This document shows, piece by piece, positions 8,404 through 17,721 of a stretch of 30,223 nt of DNA; the stretch's first letter is position 1; the number at the start of each line of letters is the position of its first letter. Source of the stretch: a virus. Taxonomy: Duplodnaviria; Caudoviricetes. The notes beneath the pieces were generated by a model that had not been told where the DNA came from, did not search any database, and saw only the letters and a list, made by a program, of their open reading frames with translations. Where the stretch lies: positions 1-30,223 of IMG/VR virus record IMGVR_UViG_3300010362_000074. One strand, given 5' to 3'. The position numbers and the translations under genes were made by a program.

Positions 8404-8781
8404 GTGCGGGATTGGAGAGCCGTGACCCATGCGCGTCAAGTCAGGTACGCGAACACTCCTGCGTTACGGACGTTGATTTCTGAACGCATGAGCGAGCTTC
8501 GCTATGATCCACGCGACGTAGCGGGTAAGAGCGATGGTCGGCTGTCGCATCAGACGGTGTACGCCCTGATAGCGCGCCGGACGTCCACTGTGTACCTTCG
8601 CACCCTCGAAGGTCTCTCGATCGCTCTCCGCGTAGACATAGACGAGTTGCTCGAATGCGTTCGCGACTATGCACCGTGGACGATGCCAACACGCTTCGAT
8701 GTCACGCCGCCACGAGTAAGGGCGGAGATCGAGCGCACGATAGGCGCGATGCTCGAAGCTATCGGCATCCTGGAGACCTAG
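8404..8781 (+). CDS. XRE-family HTH repressor, probable immunity repressor
   Basis: LRTLISERM...RDVAGKSDGRLSHQTVYALI...RTLEGLSIALRVDIDEL HTH pattern; opposite orientation to the lytic genes. Alternative GTG start at 8422. Confidence 0.75.
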   Translation: MRDWRAVTHARQVRYANTPALRTLISERMSELRYDPRDVAGKSDGRLSHQTVYALIARRTSTVYLRTLEGLSIALRVDIDELLECVRDYAPWTMPTRFDVTPPRVRAEIERTIGAMLEAIGILET

Positions 8782-8786
8782 CCACA

Positions 8787-9167
8787 TCACGCGACGTCAC
8801 CGTTGCGGCGCTTGCGTCGTACCGTCTCCCGCTGCTCGCGCTCGCCGTGCCGTAGGCGCGCTTGTGCTCGCCGTTCGCGGTTGGCATCGATGACACGAGC
8901 CACGGCCGCGCCTTGAGCCTCTGTGAAGTCCGCTGCGGCCTCTAAGCCAGGGATCGGTGGTTGCTCATAACGCGTCGCGCGAGCTTCGTACTCGTGGATC
9001 TGATCCTCGCTCACGTAGATACGCCCACGGTGCCGGATGTGACCCAACGTCCCGGACTCGATCCGACGCTCTAGGGTCCGCAGGCTCATGTTCAGCCGTT
9101 GCGCGGCCTCACCGCGCTCGTACACGCGGTAACCCAAATCGTCAGAGACATCGACGGACCTAGACAT
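8787..9167 (-). CDS. Excisionase-like winged-HTH DNA-binding protein (HTH_17-like)
   Basis: YERGEAAQRLNMSLRTLERRIESGTL..IRHRGRIYVSEDQI pattern; strong GGGAGG RBS. Confidence 0.8.
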   Translation of the reverse strand: MSRSVDVSDDLGYRVYERGEAAQRLNMSLRTLERRIESGTLGHIRHRGRIYVSEDQIHEYEARATRYEQPPIPGLEAAADFTEAQGAAVARVIDANRERRAQARLRHGEREQRETVRRKRRNGDVA

Positions 9168-9269
9168 TCGTTTAACCTCCCTCGTTGGCTAAGGGAACGA
9201 AGGTTTGCACGAACGGTTTCGGCGCACAAGCATGCCAACCGGCGCTTGTCAAGCATCAATACATGATCG

Positions 9270-9309
9270 GTGTCATATCGTGTCATACTTTGGTCAACGT
9301 GAATGACAC
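9270..9309. repeat. GTGTCATA direct repeat (10-bp period) plus inverted ATGACAC
   Basis: Copies at 9270-9277 and 9280-9287 and the inverted copy at 9303-9309, in the 370-bp intergenic gap. Confidence 0.6.
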
Positions 9310-9480
9310 TCACGAACGGAGCCCACACGATACGCCACAATGGACTCTCGATTGTCGAATGTGGACGGTTTCACCCGGAAGGTTTTTACCTCAGCAGTAA
9401 AGACAGAGATCGAAAAAGTCGATTGGATTTCCGTCGCCCGATTGAGTGACGCACTACAACGCTGTAATCACATGGCTGTA

Positions 9481-9519
9481 ACACAAAGAGGCCGGCTCCC
9501 ATGACGGAGAGCCGGCCTC
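9481..9519 (-). terminator. Rho-independent terminator for the 9540-9839 gene
   Basis: 11-bp stem GAGGCCGGCTC (9488-9498) / GAGCCGGCCTC (9509-9519), followed by TTTGTGT on the minus strand. Confidence 0.8.
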
Positions 9520-9539
9520 GATGGAACCTCAGCGCGTTG

Positions 9540-9839
9540 TCAACTTAGCGATTGATCTTCAAACTTGCAGCCGTCCGGCCGGTGCGTCAGAACCTCGTGG
9601 ATCTCGCGCCATCCGGGATCGCCGTACGTGGGAGCCATGCCACCGTTGGCCCGCTTGCCGTCCCCTACGGCCGCACGGTAGCTGAAATTCCAGTCCGCGC
9701 ACGTCGGCGCTGGCCGCAGGTTCGCTGCCACGAGGAAGGGCAGGAAGAGCGCGGCGACGATGAGCCCGAACCGGAGCCATCCGGAGAGCCCGCAGAACCA
9801 TGTCCAGAACCGCGCCGCGTGTTGCTTGATCGATGTCAT
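9540..9839 (-). CDS. Membrane-anchored protein (99 aa), superinfection-exclusion candidate
   Basis: N-terminal TM helix, soluble domain bracketed by two Cys, own terminator, located in the lysogeny region. Confidence 0.65.
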   Translation of the reverse strand: MTSIKQHAARFWTWFCGLSGWLRFGLIVAALFLPFLVAANLRPAPTCADWNFSYRAAVGDGKRANGGMAPTYGDPGWREIHEVLTHRPDGCKFEDQSLS

Positions 9840-10046
9840 AACTTTGCCGTACCCTCAAGATCCAACCGGCGTCACCGTGAGGCCGGAGCTTCGAGGGTAG
9901 CGGAGCGTTTCCGCAGGTCAGAGCTTCGCACGTACTGTGACGCGACACACACTGCGAATTTGAGCGTTACCGTTGGGCAACCTGCATTTACGCAGTAGGC
10001 TTCACGGCGAAGCCGTGATCAACGGCACAACGAGGAAGGGCAACAC

Positions 10047-10340
10047 ATGACAGAGCACGATCCCGCTGCCGACTACGTGGCGGAGTACGCAGCGAGGAAG
10101 TACGACCCCCGCACGTACGTCGAGAGGATCGAGGCAGAGACGGACGCGCTCGCCGCGTTGCTGGGCTCCGGTTGGGAGCGCGCGAGCCGCGCGGGACTGC
10201 GGAGCACGTACGGCAACGCATTTATCAACATGATCGCCGGTGAGATCGTGTACCGGATCGATGGCCGCGTTACTCGCGTTGACGTTCGCGACATGAGCGT
10301 TGCGGATATCGCTGCGGTTGTGAAAGCGGCGAAGCTGTGA
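10047..10340 (+). CDS. Hypothetical protein (97 aa)
   Basis: GAGGAAGGG RBS; first gene of the coupled plus-strand operon. Confidence 0.75.
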   Translation: MTEHDPAADYVAEYAARKYDPRTYVERIEAETDALAALLGSGWERASRAGLRSTYGNAFINMIAGEIVYRIDGRVTRVDVRDMSVADIAAVVKAAKL

Positions 10341-10534
10341 GCCGGACCGTCCGCAAAGGACAGAGCTTCGTTCTCGACGTCCGCGAGGTAGCGCTCATCG
10401 TCGATGGGCTCGACCGGCTCCGCGAGCACCTCGAAGACCTTGCCGACACCGACATGCCGGAGAACCGCGCGGCGTGGTTGCGCGAGGCGGACGAGGTTCG
10501 CGAGCTTGGCAAGCGTTTGGAGGCCGGCGCATGA
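10337..10534 (+). CDS. Hypothetical helical protein (65 aa)
   Basis: GTGA and ATGA overlaps with both neighbours. Confidence 0.7.
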   Translation: MSRTVRKGQSFVLDVREVALIVDGLDRLREHLEDLADTDMPENRAAWLREADEVRELGKRLEAGA

Positions 10535-10764
10535 GCGCGCCGGCCGGTCTCGTTAGTTACCGGCGAGCGCGTTCGACCGGTACCCATGTCGGCGTATACC
10601 GCGCCGACGAGGCCGGTATCGAAAGCGACCCGAAAACGCCATGGGCAACCGTGTGCGAGGAGCACGCCGGTTGCGTCTGTCACGCGACGCGCGCTCTCGC
10701 GATGTCATGGGCAAGCCAACCGGAGTCATGGTGCCCAACGTGTCAGGAAGCGAACGCGTCATGA
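10531..10764 (+). CDS. Small putative Zn-binding protein (77 aa, CEEH...CPTC)
   Basis: ATG 10531 after GGAGG; ATGA overlaps. Confidence 0.7.
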   Translation: MSAPAGLVSYRRARSTGTHVGVYRADEAGIESDPKTPWATVCEEHAGCVCHATRALAMSWASQPESWCPTCQEANAS

Positions 10765-11015
10765 GCCTTACGCCGGACCAGAAAATCATCGCGCTCGCTA
10801 TTGATGTGCTCGTATCCGTTAACCCGACGTTGCTCGCGGACAACAATCGCTCCGATCGTGCGAGCCGGACCCTAGTCGATCCGTTCGCGCTCGCTCGTCT
10901 CAACGCTGCGATCCTGCGGGACTACCCCGGAGCGATCGAGCGGACGCGCGAGCAAACCCGTTGCACCGTGTGCGGCGACATGTCGTGGCGCTCGCACGTT
11001 ATGTGTAACCGCTAG
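10761..11015 (+). CDS. Small protein with C-terminal CTVC...HVMC motif (84 aa)
   Basis: ATG 10761 overlaps the upstream TGA. Confidence 0.65.
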   Translation: MSLTPDQKIIALAIDVLVSVNPTLLADNNRSDRASRTLVDPFALARLNAAILRDYPGAIERTREQTRCTVCGDMSWRSHVMCNR

Positions 11016-11038
11016 TCCACATAGGAAGGTAAGTAAGA

Positions 11039-12535
11039 GTGACCATCACACAGACCCGACGTCACGTCACGGAGCCATGGCAGGCAACCGGCATCACGGA
11101 TCGCGAGCGCATTGACATGCTCGTGGCTGCGTTCCGCGAGCGTGACGTGGATCCGGCGTTTGCCGGCGCGCTCGTGCTCGACGCATACGCGCGGATCTCG
11201 AAAGACGAGGATGGCAACACGGAGAAAACCGATCGTCAATTGGTCGATGTCCTCAGCGCCATGTACCGCGACGGTTACCGGTTGGGTCGCATCCTCGTCG
11301 ACAACAATTTCTCCGCGTGGAAGCGCAACCGGAAGCGCCCTGGTTGGGACGTCCTGCTAGAGCGGCTCGGCAAAGAATCCAACGGCGTCTATGCGTGGCA
11401 CATCGACCGGTTACTTCGTCAGCCGTTCGATCTGGAGATTCTCATTAAGACGGCTGAAGACGGCATCATCGTTGCGTCGTGCCACGGTGACTATCACTTG
11501 CGTACGTCGGAGGGGCGTACGACGCTGCGGATCCTGGTCACGATGGCTTGCAAGTCAAGCGACGACACTGCGCGACGCGCACGGCGTAAGAACCTCGCTT
11601 CGAGGGAGGCCGGAATCATGCAACAGGGCGACGGCTTCGGACATGGCTCCGGCCCAACCGTTGCGGCCGAACGCGAATTCATCGCATGGGCTATTCAGTT
11701 CATTGTGGACGGTAACGACGTCTCGTGGAAGCGTTGCGCGGACGAAGCCAACCGGCTCGGTATCACGAGCCGCAACGGTCACTCGTTCAATGCGCTTAAG
11801 GTCCGGACCGTGCTCAACCATCCTCGCCACGCCGGACTAGTGGCGTACGAGAACGTGGAGACCGGTCACCGGCTCGCGGATGACACGGTGGCCATCGTCA
11901 GTGTTGAGCTTTGGCGCGAGTTTCAAGCCGTGCTCGCCGGTCGCAAGCGTGGCCGTCCACAATCGACGGAGCACTACCCGCTTAGCGGTCTCGTCCGGTG
12001 TGAGTGTGGATTCTCGCTTACCGGGACGTCACAGAAAGGCTATAAAGGCAACGGCCGGATCCGTGCCTACCGCTGCGGCGTACACGGTTGCGGTAAGAAC
12101 TACGCGAACGCGGACGCGCTCGAAGCATGGGCAGAGACGCGCATGCTCGATGTGCTGTCGGATCCTCGCGCGGCGCGCATCATCGCTCGCAAAGCCAAGG
12201 CTCTAGGCCGCGCGCAACTCAAGCTCGCCGCGCTCGAAAAGCGTGAAAAGGCGATCGCGGAAAAGCTAACGGACCTGCGATACGACTCGGACCCGTTGCT
12301 GCAAGCAGTCGACACGCTGCGGGCTCAGATCGAGGCCGCGAAAGCAGAGTGTCGCGAGCTTGAGCACGAGAGCGACGGCTCCAGCACGCCGTACGATCGC
12401 GCGGAGCTTGCGTACGAGTACGGGCAGGCTGACCGCGAGGGACAACGGACCTTCCTCGCGCAAGCGTTCGCGGAGGCGCACCGGATCATGGTTCTCGTGG
12501 ACCGCGACGCACCGGAGCGCTTCAGGCAGTTGTAA
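11039..12535 (+). CDS. int: Large serine recombinase (serine integrase)
   Basis: Catalytic YARIS, WHIDRLLR, recombinase domain, zinc ribbon LSGLVRCECG...YRCGVHGC, then coiled coil. AGGAAGG RBS. Confidence 0.95.
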   Translation: MTITQTRRHVTEPWQATGITDRERIDMLVAAFRERDVDPAFAGALVLDAYARISKDEDGNTEKTDRQLVDVLSAMYRDGYRLGRILVDNNFSAWKRNRKRPGWDVLLERLGKESNGVYAWHIDRLLRQPFDLEILIKTAEDGIIVASCHGDYHLRTSEGRTTLRILVTMACKSSDDTARRARRKNLASREAGIMQQGDGFGHGSGPTVAAEREFIAWAIQFIVDGNDVSWKRCADEANRLGITSRNGHSFNALKVRTVLNHPRHAGLVAYENVETGHRLADDTVAIVSVELWREFQAVLAGRKRGRPQSTEHYPLSGLVRCECGFSLTGTSQKGYKGNGRIRAYRCGVHGCGKNYANADALEAWAETRMLDVLSDPRAARIIARKAKALGRAQLKLAALEKREKAIAEKLTDLRYDSDPLLQAVDTLRAQIEAAKAECRELEHESDGSSTPYDRAELAYEYGQADREGQRTFLAQAFAEAHRIMVLVDRDAPERFRQL

Positions 12536-12549
12536 GCCTCACAGAGGCA

Positions 12550-12600
12550 CGGAGAGCCCGTCTAGGCAACGAGGAACCTAGGCGGGCTCTCCGCGTTTCT
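12550..12600 (+). terminator. Terminator between the convergent integrase and tail operons
   Basis: 17-bp stem CGGAGAGCCCGTCTAGG / CCTAGGCGGGCTCTCCG (12550-12593, one U-G pair), then CGTTTCT. Confidence 0.8.
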
Positions 12601-12618
12601 ACGGCCGTTCTAGGCCGG

Positions 12619-12900
12619 TTAAACGAGCGGTTCTGGCCACGCGGCCGAGAACGGCTCCGGGACTGGATCTTGACTTGGCTCCGGTACGGGCTCCGGCTCC
12701 GGCTCCGGTGCCGGTGTGGGCTCCGGTGTGGGCTCCGGCGCTGGAGGCTCCGGCTCCGTACCCATGTCATCGAGCAGCGGCATCGGTGCGTCCTTCCATC
12801 CTCCGTTGTCATAGTCGGCAAGCTGCGGGACGCGCTCCGTCTGCTCCACGGCCGTACCGGCTCCGGGACCACTACCCGGATAGACGTATTGCGTTGCCAT
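12619..12900 (-). CDS. 93-aa protein: GAGTA...NGGW N-terminal motif + Pro/Glu-rich repeat tail
   Basis: ATG 12900 after GGGAGG; EPEP/TPEP repeats. Confidence 0.75.
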   Translation of the reverse strand: MATQYVYPGSGPGAGTAVEQTERVPQLADYDNGGWKDAPMPLLDDMGTEPEPPAPEPTPEPTPAPEPEPEPVPEPSQDPVPEPFSAAWPEPLV

Positions 12901-12968
12901 GATTCCTCCCTCACTCGCCCGCGGGATCTGTCCACTTGAGACATTCGCCGGCGATCCTCCACTAAGGA

Positions 12969-13373
12969 CTATGCCGTCCACGTGAACGGAAGCGTGTTGG
13001 ATTGCACCGTCCCGCCCGCACCGTCCGGGATGGTAACGAAAACCTGCGTGACACCTTCGGCCGGCGCGAACACTGGCGGCGAGGCGTGCGCCGTGGTTGG
13101 CGAGTCCAAAGTGGTGTTCAGGTTCGCCATGTTGAAAAACACGAGACCGGTCACGAAGCCGGTTCCCACGAGATCGAATTGCGGAGGCTTCGTGGTTGCG
13201 GAGCCGGTGTTGGGCGTAACCGACGTTAGGGTCGGCGCAACCACCGGAGGCGTAGTGGACCAGCCTCCGTTTTCCGGATCCGCGAAGCGCTGCGCTTCGG
13301 CTGCCTGCGTTGCGGCCGTACCGGCTCCGCTGCGGATACGCGTCGGGTCTGGTGAGTGTGTGCCTTGTGCCAT
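12969..13373 (-). CDS. 134-aa protein: same N-terminal motif + IPT/TIG Ig-like domain
   Basis: PTLTSVTPNTG...LVGTGF...V.V......SNTLPFTW is an IPT/TIG pattern; GGAGG RBS. Confidence 0.8.
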   Translation of the reverse strand: MAQGTHSPDPTRIRSGAGTAATQAAEAQRFADPENGGWSTTPPVVAPTLTSVTPNTGSATTKPPQFDLVGTGFVTGLVFFNMANLNTTLDSPTTAHASPPVFAPAEGVTQVFVTIPDGAGGTVQSNTLPFTWTA

Positions 13374-13396
13374 TGCGGTCCCTCCAGTTTGGACAG

Positions 13397-14626
13397 TTAT
13401 CCGGTCGATGAGCCGGAGCTTAGTTGTACGGCGAGATACGAAACGAGCACCGTCGACGAAGACGAAGCGTTGTCGATGTGACGGATACCGATGTCAAACT
13501 GTGTGGCCGTGATGCCACCGGGCCAAGAGTGGAAGAGCCCGGAATTTGTCTGTGTCCATACGATCGGTGGCAACGTAAACTTGCCGGCCGTGAACGGAAC
13601 GGCGCTAAGTACGCCGGAGTTAGAGCTCACCGTGGAGACGTTGCGTTGACCGATCTCAGTAGCGAAGGGTATGAATCGGCCTGGCGAGCCTGCCCACGAC
13701 GTCCACAGTGAACCGTTCTGAAACGCTAACGTACCCTGCTCCACGGCATCTTTGAAAAATCGCCATACCCACTGATAGGTGGGCGGGATAATTTCGAGCC
13801 GCGTGTCCCAAAGGTTCGTAGCGTTTTTCTGTACAATGTGGAGTCTCCGACTCGCGGTCGACGCTGCGTCTCCAATCGTGAAGTCAGTGTTTGGTACCAC
13901 CGGCACGGAATCGATGATGATGCGACGTCCGTCTTGCGTAATGAGCACGTCAACCGTTTCGCCTGTCGCGACCCACGGCAACGTTGTCTCGCACGTCTGG
14001 TCCGTACCATCGATGGTCACTACGGCCGTTGTCTGGTCAGTAGCGACCGACACGATGGGGCCGGACTTGACTATCCCTTGTGGACCAGCAGGACCCTGCG
14101 GACCCGTTGCGCCGGTATCGCCCTTCGGACCCTGCGGACCCTGCGAACCGGTAGCGCCGGCCGGACCCTGCGCACCGGTTGTCCCTTGTGGACCCTGCGT
14201 ACCCTGCGGACCCTTCAGATTGCCGATCTGTGTCCACGCGGCTTGATTGGCCGTACGCAGGTAGAGCGCACCGTCCGTCGTATTGAGGAAGTACGTATCG
14301 TAGGGAAAGCTCCCGGAGGCCACCGGTGGAGCCGTACCGTTCTGCCATTGGTCTCCGTCCGCGCCGGCCGGACCTGGAGTACCACCGCTCACGGTGATGT
14401 GTCCCGGGATCACGTAAGCCAAGTCATCGAACGTCAGCAGTAGCGCGACGTCGCCCACCGTTGGGTCCGCAATGAGGTATGGAACATCGGTAATAGGGTC
14501 ATCGGTGCCGAGTCTCACTCCACATCGGGCAGTGGCCGCGGTAACACTGTCCACAGTGACCACATAGGAGTGTACGGCTCGCCGGTCGCGAACGAGCTTG
14601 CCATACTCCACAAACGGATCGGTCAT
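13397..14626 (-). CDS. Tail fibre/spike with collagen repeats and a C-terminal lectin-like receptor-binding module
   Basis: (GXY)n run [19 protein letters not shown]...; C-terminal F...P.V...F.I pattern. ATG 14626 overlaps the upstream TGA. Confidence 0.8.
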   Translation of the reverse strand: MTDPFVEYGKLVRDRRAVHSYVVTVDSVTAATARCGVRLGTDDPITDVPYLIADPTVGDVALLLTFDDLAYVIPGHITVSGGTPGPAGADGDQWQNGTAPPVASGSFPYDTYFLNTTDGALYLRTANQAAWTQIGNLKGPQGTQGPQGTTGAQGPAGATGSQGPQGPKGDTGATGPQGPAGPQGIVKSGPIVSVATDQTTAVVTIDGTDQTCETTLPWVATGETVDVLITQDGRRIIIDSVPVVPNTDFTIGDAASTASRRLHIVQKNATNLWDTRLEIIPPTYQWVWRFFKDAVEQGTLAFQNGSLWTSWAGSPGRFIPFATEIGQRNVSTVSSNSGVLSAVPFTAGKFTLPPIVWTQTNSGLFHSWPGGITATQFDIGIRHIDNASSSSTVLVSYLAVQLSSGSSTG

Positions 14627-16287
14627 GGATTCTTCGCTCTCGTTGCCACCGCCACGTCCATTTCGAAGAGAACGCACTGAGTGTTAGCCGGTACCGTGCC
14701 ACCGTTCGTGTTGGACCAGATATCGACACCGGCCGCAAAGACGGTCCCGGAGCCTAGATCGAGGTCAGCCGATACAGCACGCGTCTTACCCTTGTCGATC
14801 CGTACCGGTGTCGTGGAGTACCGCGCGCCGGATTGGTTAGGGTCGATAAACGCTCTACAGTAGACGGTTCGCGTCAAGCTCTTGATGGTCGCGGCAACCT
14901 TAGCCCGGTGTTCGGTTGGCATGGTGAAGACTGACGATGTGTGCATGTTCGATGTCGCCGCACCGTTGGCCGTGAACAGGAGCCCACTGGACTTGACACG
15001 CACCGTACCGCCTACGCCAATCCATCCGCGCGCCGTGTTGCCGGTCAGATCGACGTTTTTGTTTGTCGCGTCCCGCCAGTCCACCGCGTCTCGGATCTCG
15101 CTCTCGTCCGTCATGAATGTCCTACGTGGACTAGACCAGCGGCCGAGCGGAGCGAACGCGCGGACGATGAGCGTCCACGGATCCGCAGCGGTAAGCCCTA
15201 GCGTCCCGCCCACGAGGATCCCTCGCGCGGCCGTACCTTGTGTGTTCTCGATGCGGAGCACGTCACCGGACTCCAGTCCGTAGATCGGAGAGACCTGAAC
15301 CTGGAAATCACGCGCTTGATTGAGCGAGGCTATGAGCACGCTCTGAGCCGCTGCGGAGGCATCGGCATCGTTGGTTACCTTCGAAGAGTCCACATCGAGC
15401 GTCACTCGTCCGAACGGTCCACCGGCACGGATGTCCGATGTGGGCTCCACGTACTCCGACACGAGCCGCCGTTGCAACGATGCGATCCGCGCGCCCTGGA
15501 CCGCCACGTCCTGTTGCCACTTGACGATAGCGACGTTCGTGATTCCGGTTCGATCGATGGTCCCGTTAATCTCATCGAGGTTACCCAACTGTCCACCTCG
15601 GACAGTAGTCACGGCTTGATCGTCCTGCGTTGTGGGTACGAGCATCCGGAAGACGGCAGAACCATCGAGCGGCATTCCCACCTTCATACCGATAGCCGCA
15701 GCGAGGGTTGAGACCGCATCGACACGCGAGCCGGTACGTTGGATCCGCGCGACCGGCTTAGCCGTTGGCTTACTCGGATCGAAGACAACTGTCGATGTCC
15801 ACCACGACGGTATACCGTCGAGCGCGGCCGTAAGCAGCGCGGAGCACGCATCGGCGTAGCTCGTTGTCGTGAGAACCTCGCCAGACTTCAGGGTCGTTAG
15901 CTGATAATCCGCAACGAGGATGCCGGCATCGTCGCCGGTCACCTCGATCGAGCCAGCGAGGAAGTTGACTACGACGCGCGTCACTCGGAAGTATCCGAGC
16001 GGAATGCGGATCACAACGCCATCGATCCCGGTCACATCGTGGAAGAGACGGACCCACGAGCCGAACGGCGAGAGTACGTTGAACACGTCCTCTTCGCTGT
16101 CTGTCCACGTTAGAACGTTGACCGTGCACGAGCGCCCTGGCATGCTGCCAAGCTCGTTGAGCGTGACGGAGCCGGATATCACGAAGAGCGGCAACCATTC
16201 GCCACCCTCCGGCGCACGGACCTCACACACGCCGACGAGTTGATGCGACGCCACTTCGACGTCAAACACTCCAGGGATATCGAGCAT
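14623..16287 (-). CDS. Minor tail protein, baseplate hub/Tal-like, with a C-terminal beta-rich extension
   Basis: SGSVTL...R.C...LSPFGSWV...IPLGYFRV pattern of actinophage minor tail proteins; position after Dit. Confidence 0.75.
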   Translation of the reverse strand: MLDIPGVFDVEVASHQLVGVCEVRAPEGGEWLPLFVISGSVTLNELGSMPGRSCTVNVLTWTDSEEDVFNVLSPFGSWVRLFHDVTGIDGVVIRIPLGYFRVTRVVVNFLAGSIEVTGDDAGILVADYQLTTLKSGEVLTTTSYADACSALLTAALDGIPSWWTSTVVFDPSKPTAKPVARIQRTGSRVDAVSTLAAAIGMKVGMPLDGSAVFRMLVPTTQDDQAVTTVRGGQLGNLDEINGTIDRTGITNVAIVKWQQDVAVQGARIASLQRRLVSEYVEPTSDIRAGGPFGRVTLDVDSSKVTNDADASAAAQSVLIASLNQARDFQVQVSPIYGLESGDVLRIENTQGTAARGILVGGTLGLTAADPWTLIVRAFAPLGRWSSPRRTFMTDESEIRDAVDWRDATNKNVDLTGNTARGWIGVGGTVRVKSSGLLFTANGAATSNMHTSSVFTMPTEHRAKVAATIKSLTRTVYCRAFIDPNQSGARYSTTPVRIDKGKTRAVSADLDLGSGTVFAAGVDIWSNTNGGTVPANTQCVLFEMDVAVATRAKNP

Positions 16288-16290
16288 TGG

Positions 16291-16923
16291 CTAACCCTGA
16301 CTGTTAGTCGGAGTCATCTGTACACATAGGACATGCACGTCCACGGAGCCGCCCGCCGCTCCATTGGTGTTGTTGTATGACCGTACGGTGATCGGTCCAC
16401 CGTTCACGGTCCATCCGGAGGGACGGCTAACCATCCATATCGAGTTTGTCGATGTGGCGATTACCAACGGAACCTGCGTGAACCGTCCGGCTTCGAGAGC
16501 GACGTTGCCAGTACCGAGCGACGTCCCGCTAACCGACACCGGCACAATCTGAGCCTGTTGTGCGAACGGCAACGGCCGCCACTGCGATCCGGTGGCCACC
16601 ATGGTCTGACCGGACGGCCGGATGGTCATACGGGATTGCCACGCACCGTTTTTCATGCTCCCTAGGACCCATGGGTCCGTTGCGGAGTCGATCTGTATGC
16701 GTAGCTCCCATTGGTCCGCGCCGATGAGCCGACGCAGTGATAACACTCGTTGCGTCGCGTTCGTGAACGAACCGATCCGCATATCGTTGTCGAACGAAAG
16801 CGGGAACCGCTTACCGGTCAACAGGTCATCGACCTGCGTCGCTAGCGTCTTAAGGTGCGTCGGTACGTCCGGGATATCGGTGAGTTGCGGAACGTCGAAC
16901 GCGTACGCGCCAATGGTCTCCAC
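16291..16923 (-). CDS. Minor tail / receptor-binding protein (210 aa)
   Basis: N-terminal P.LTD.PDVP.HL..LA..VD attachment-type segment; C-terminus paralogous to that of 13397-14626. Confidence 0.75.
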   Translation of the reverse strand: METIGAYAFDVPQLTDIPDVPTHLKTLATQVDDLLTGKRFPLSFDNDMRIGSFTNATQRVLSLRRLIGADQWELRIQIDSATDPWVLGSMKNGAWQSRMTIRPSGQTMVATGSQWRPLPFAQQAQIVPVSVSGTSLGTGNVALEAGRFTQVPLVIATSTNSIWMVSRPSGWTVNGGPITVRSYNNTNGAAGGSVDVHVLCVQMTPTNSQG

Positions 16924-16926
16924 GGC

Positions 16927-17721
16927 TTACCTCCGCGTGCCGGTGATGACGGATAGATAGTCCACAAAGGAATCGCGGAGCCACTGATACGTGACCGGTG
17001 ACGGATCACCAGGGCGCGACGGTTGACCGTTGAGGATGTCCTGATAGGTAGGCGTCTGGATCCGTACCGGCGAGACCAACGGATCGTCTACCTCCACATA
17101 GGTCAGCCGGAGCAGCCACGCATCGCGGTATCCGAACCGCGTAAACGTCGCCGCGCCAACGGCCATCATGCAAGGTGTCCACAGTAGATCGCTGCACATC
17201 GTCAGGAGCAGTGGGTTACCGGTGGCTAACAGAGCTTCGATCGCGGAGCGGTTGTCACGGTCCGGTGCGAGCAACGTGACCTCGCCGCGCCTACCCTCGC
17301 GGATGTCGTGGACAACGAGCGGAAGCCTACGGCCGGAGATGTCATAGATGTTTTGATATGCCGGCAGCGTCTCGTCTCCGGTGGACACAACGACAACGTT
17401 GGATGAGAGAACCGGCGACCGGACGTCACGCAACCACGCTTGATTTCCAGGGATCGCGATACTCGCGCGGACGTACGACGCATCGTCTATTGTGGACCCA
17501 ATGGGAGCCACAACGTACGTCTCTATCTCTCCGATGCCAGGGCGGTAGTCCTCACCGAAACCGGCTCCACCGGATATCCACGTGTCGTCAGTGAATCCCG
17601 GGATCGGCTCTAGGTGACCAGTCGTGGATACCCGCATGACGGTGTTATTGACCGGTACGCCAGTCACGGCGAAGCGCACGTAACCGTGATCCGGAGCGTA
17701 CGTTAGGTCCAATGTGGTCAT
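16927..17721 (-). CDS. Distal tail (Dit-like) minor tail protein
   Basis: Directly after the tape measure gene; AWLRD...I.GR..P.V pattern. Confidence 0.7.
   Translation of the reverse strand: MTTLDLTYAPDHGYVRFAVTGVPVNNTVMRVSTTGHLEPIPGFTDDTWISGGAGFGEDYRPGIGEIETYVVAPIGSTIDDASYVRASIAIPGNQAWLRDVRSPVLSSNVVVVSTGDETLPAYQNIYDISGRRLPLVVHDIREGRRGEVTLLAPDRDNRSAIEALLATGNPLLLTMCSDLLWTPCMMAVGAATFTRFGYRDAWLLRLTYVEVDDPLVSPVRIQTPTYQDILNGQPSRPGDPSPVTYQWLRDSFVDYLSVITGTRR

Noticed and set aside
12670-12760. GGCTCC-type tandem repeats
   Set aside because: Explained by the Pro-Glu repeats of the 12619-12900 protein.
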